This document shows positions 63,578 through 64,000 of a stretch of DNA of 64,000 nucleotides, in pieces. The notes beneath the pieces are model-generated. The model saw only the letters and a list, made by a program, of their open reading frames with translations, searched no databases and was not told the DNA's origin. Positions within the stretch are counted from its first letter, which is position 1. Each line of letters begins with the position of its first letter. The stretch is from Squalus acanthias (lineage: Eukaryota), in contig CM059433.1 in NCBI GenBank assembly GCA_030390025.1, positions 2,728,001-2,792,000 of the forward strand. Direction: 5' to 3'. The position numbers and the translations under genes are program-made.

Positions 63578-64000
63578 GGGCGGGATCTTGCAGGAGAAAG
63601 AACAGTGCGGCTAACAGCGCTCACCGTTATTTATGTGGAAATCAGACAGCAGCTTTCGGCGACCGACATGCGCAGTTCAACGCGGAAATCTGGAAGTTTC
63701 TGACCGAGATGCCCTGCTCCTCCAAAAGCTGCACGAAAACAGTATCTTGCCATCTGACTCACCAGGGGTGATTTTGCCAATGGGGGCGCGTTGGAGGCGG
63801 GACTGCTGCTTGTCGGGTTTTAGTCCCGCCTCCATCGATTTGTGGCCAACCCACGCTATTTTCCCTTGATTGACCTTGTTCAGCCCACCCAGCGGGCTTA
63901 GCAGGCCAATTAAGGGGAAGCCGGTTACAGAGAACGTCAGCGTATGACGTTTCATCTGTCAAAAATTTTTGACAGATGAATTGTCATCGTTTGACAGCTC
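63578..64000. mobile_element. GC-rich MITE pieces (63763-63970 inverted homolog of ~8110-8308)
   Basis: Direct sequence comparison within the window. Confidence 0.6.

Overview
This is repeat-dense vertebrate genomic DNA, not prokaryotic. The CR1/L2 LINE, tRNA-derived SINE and Harbinger content resembles a cartilaginous fish (shark-like; inferred). The centrepiece is a young, nearly intact 12.6-kb endogenous provirus on the minus strand (19626-32262). It has two near-identical 1615-bp LTRs, a 4-bp TSD (CTCA) and a tRNA-Arg-type PBS that overlaps the gag ATG. gag and pol are in one frame, separated by a single UGA-CUAG readthrough-type stop. Pol carries a degenerate tether RNase H plus a second intact RNase H. 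The envelope gene has a signal peptide, an Ig-like domain and a pneumo/paramyxovirus-F-like fusion module, and is broken by one in-frame stop. This architecture matches a lokiretrovirus-like element, and the Ig-domain env looks unusual. The rest of the window holds at least three solo LTRs with 4-bp TSDs, a Harbinger transposon with three nested insertions, a 37-bp minisatellite amplified from a Harbinger transposase motif, and many LINE/SINE/MITE fragments. No host gene could be identified with confidence.
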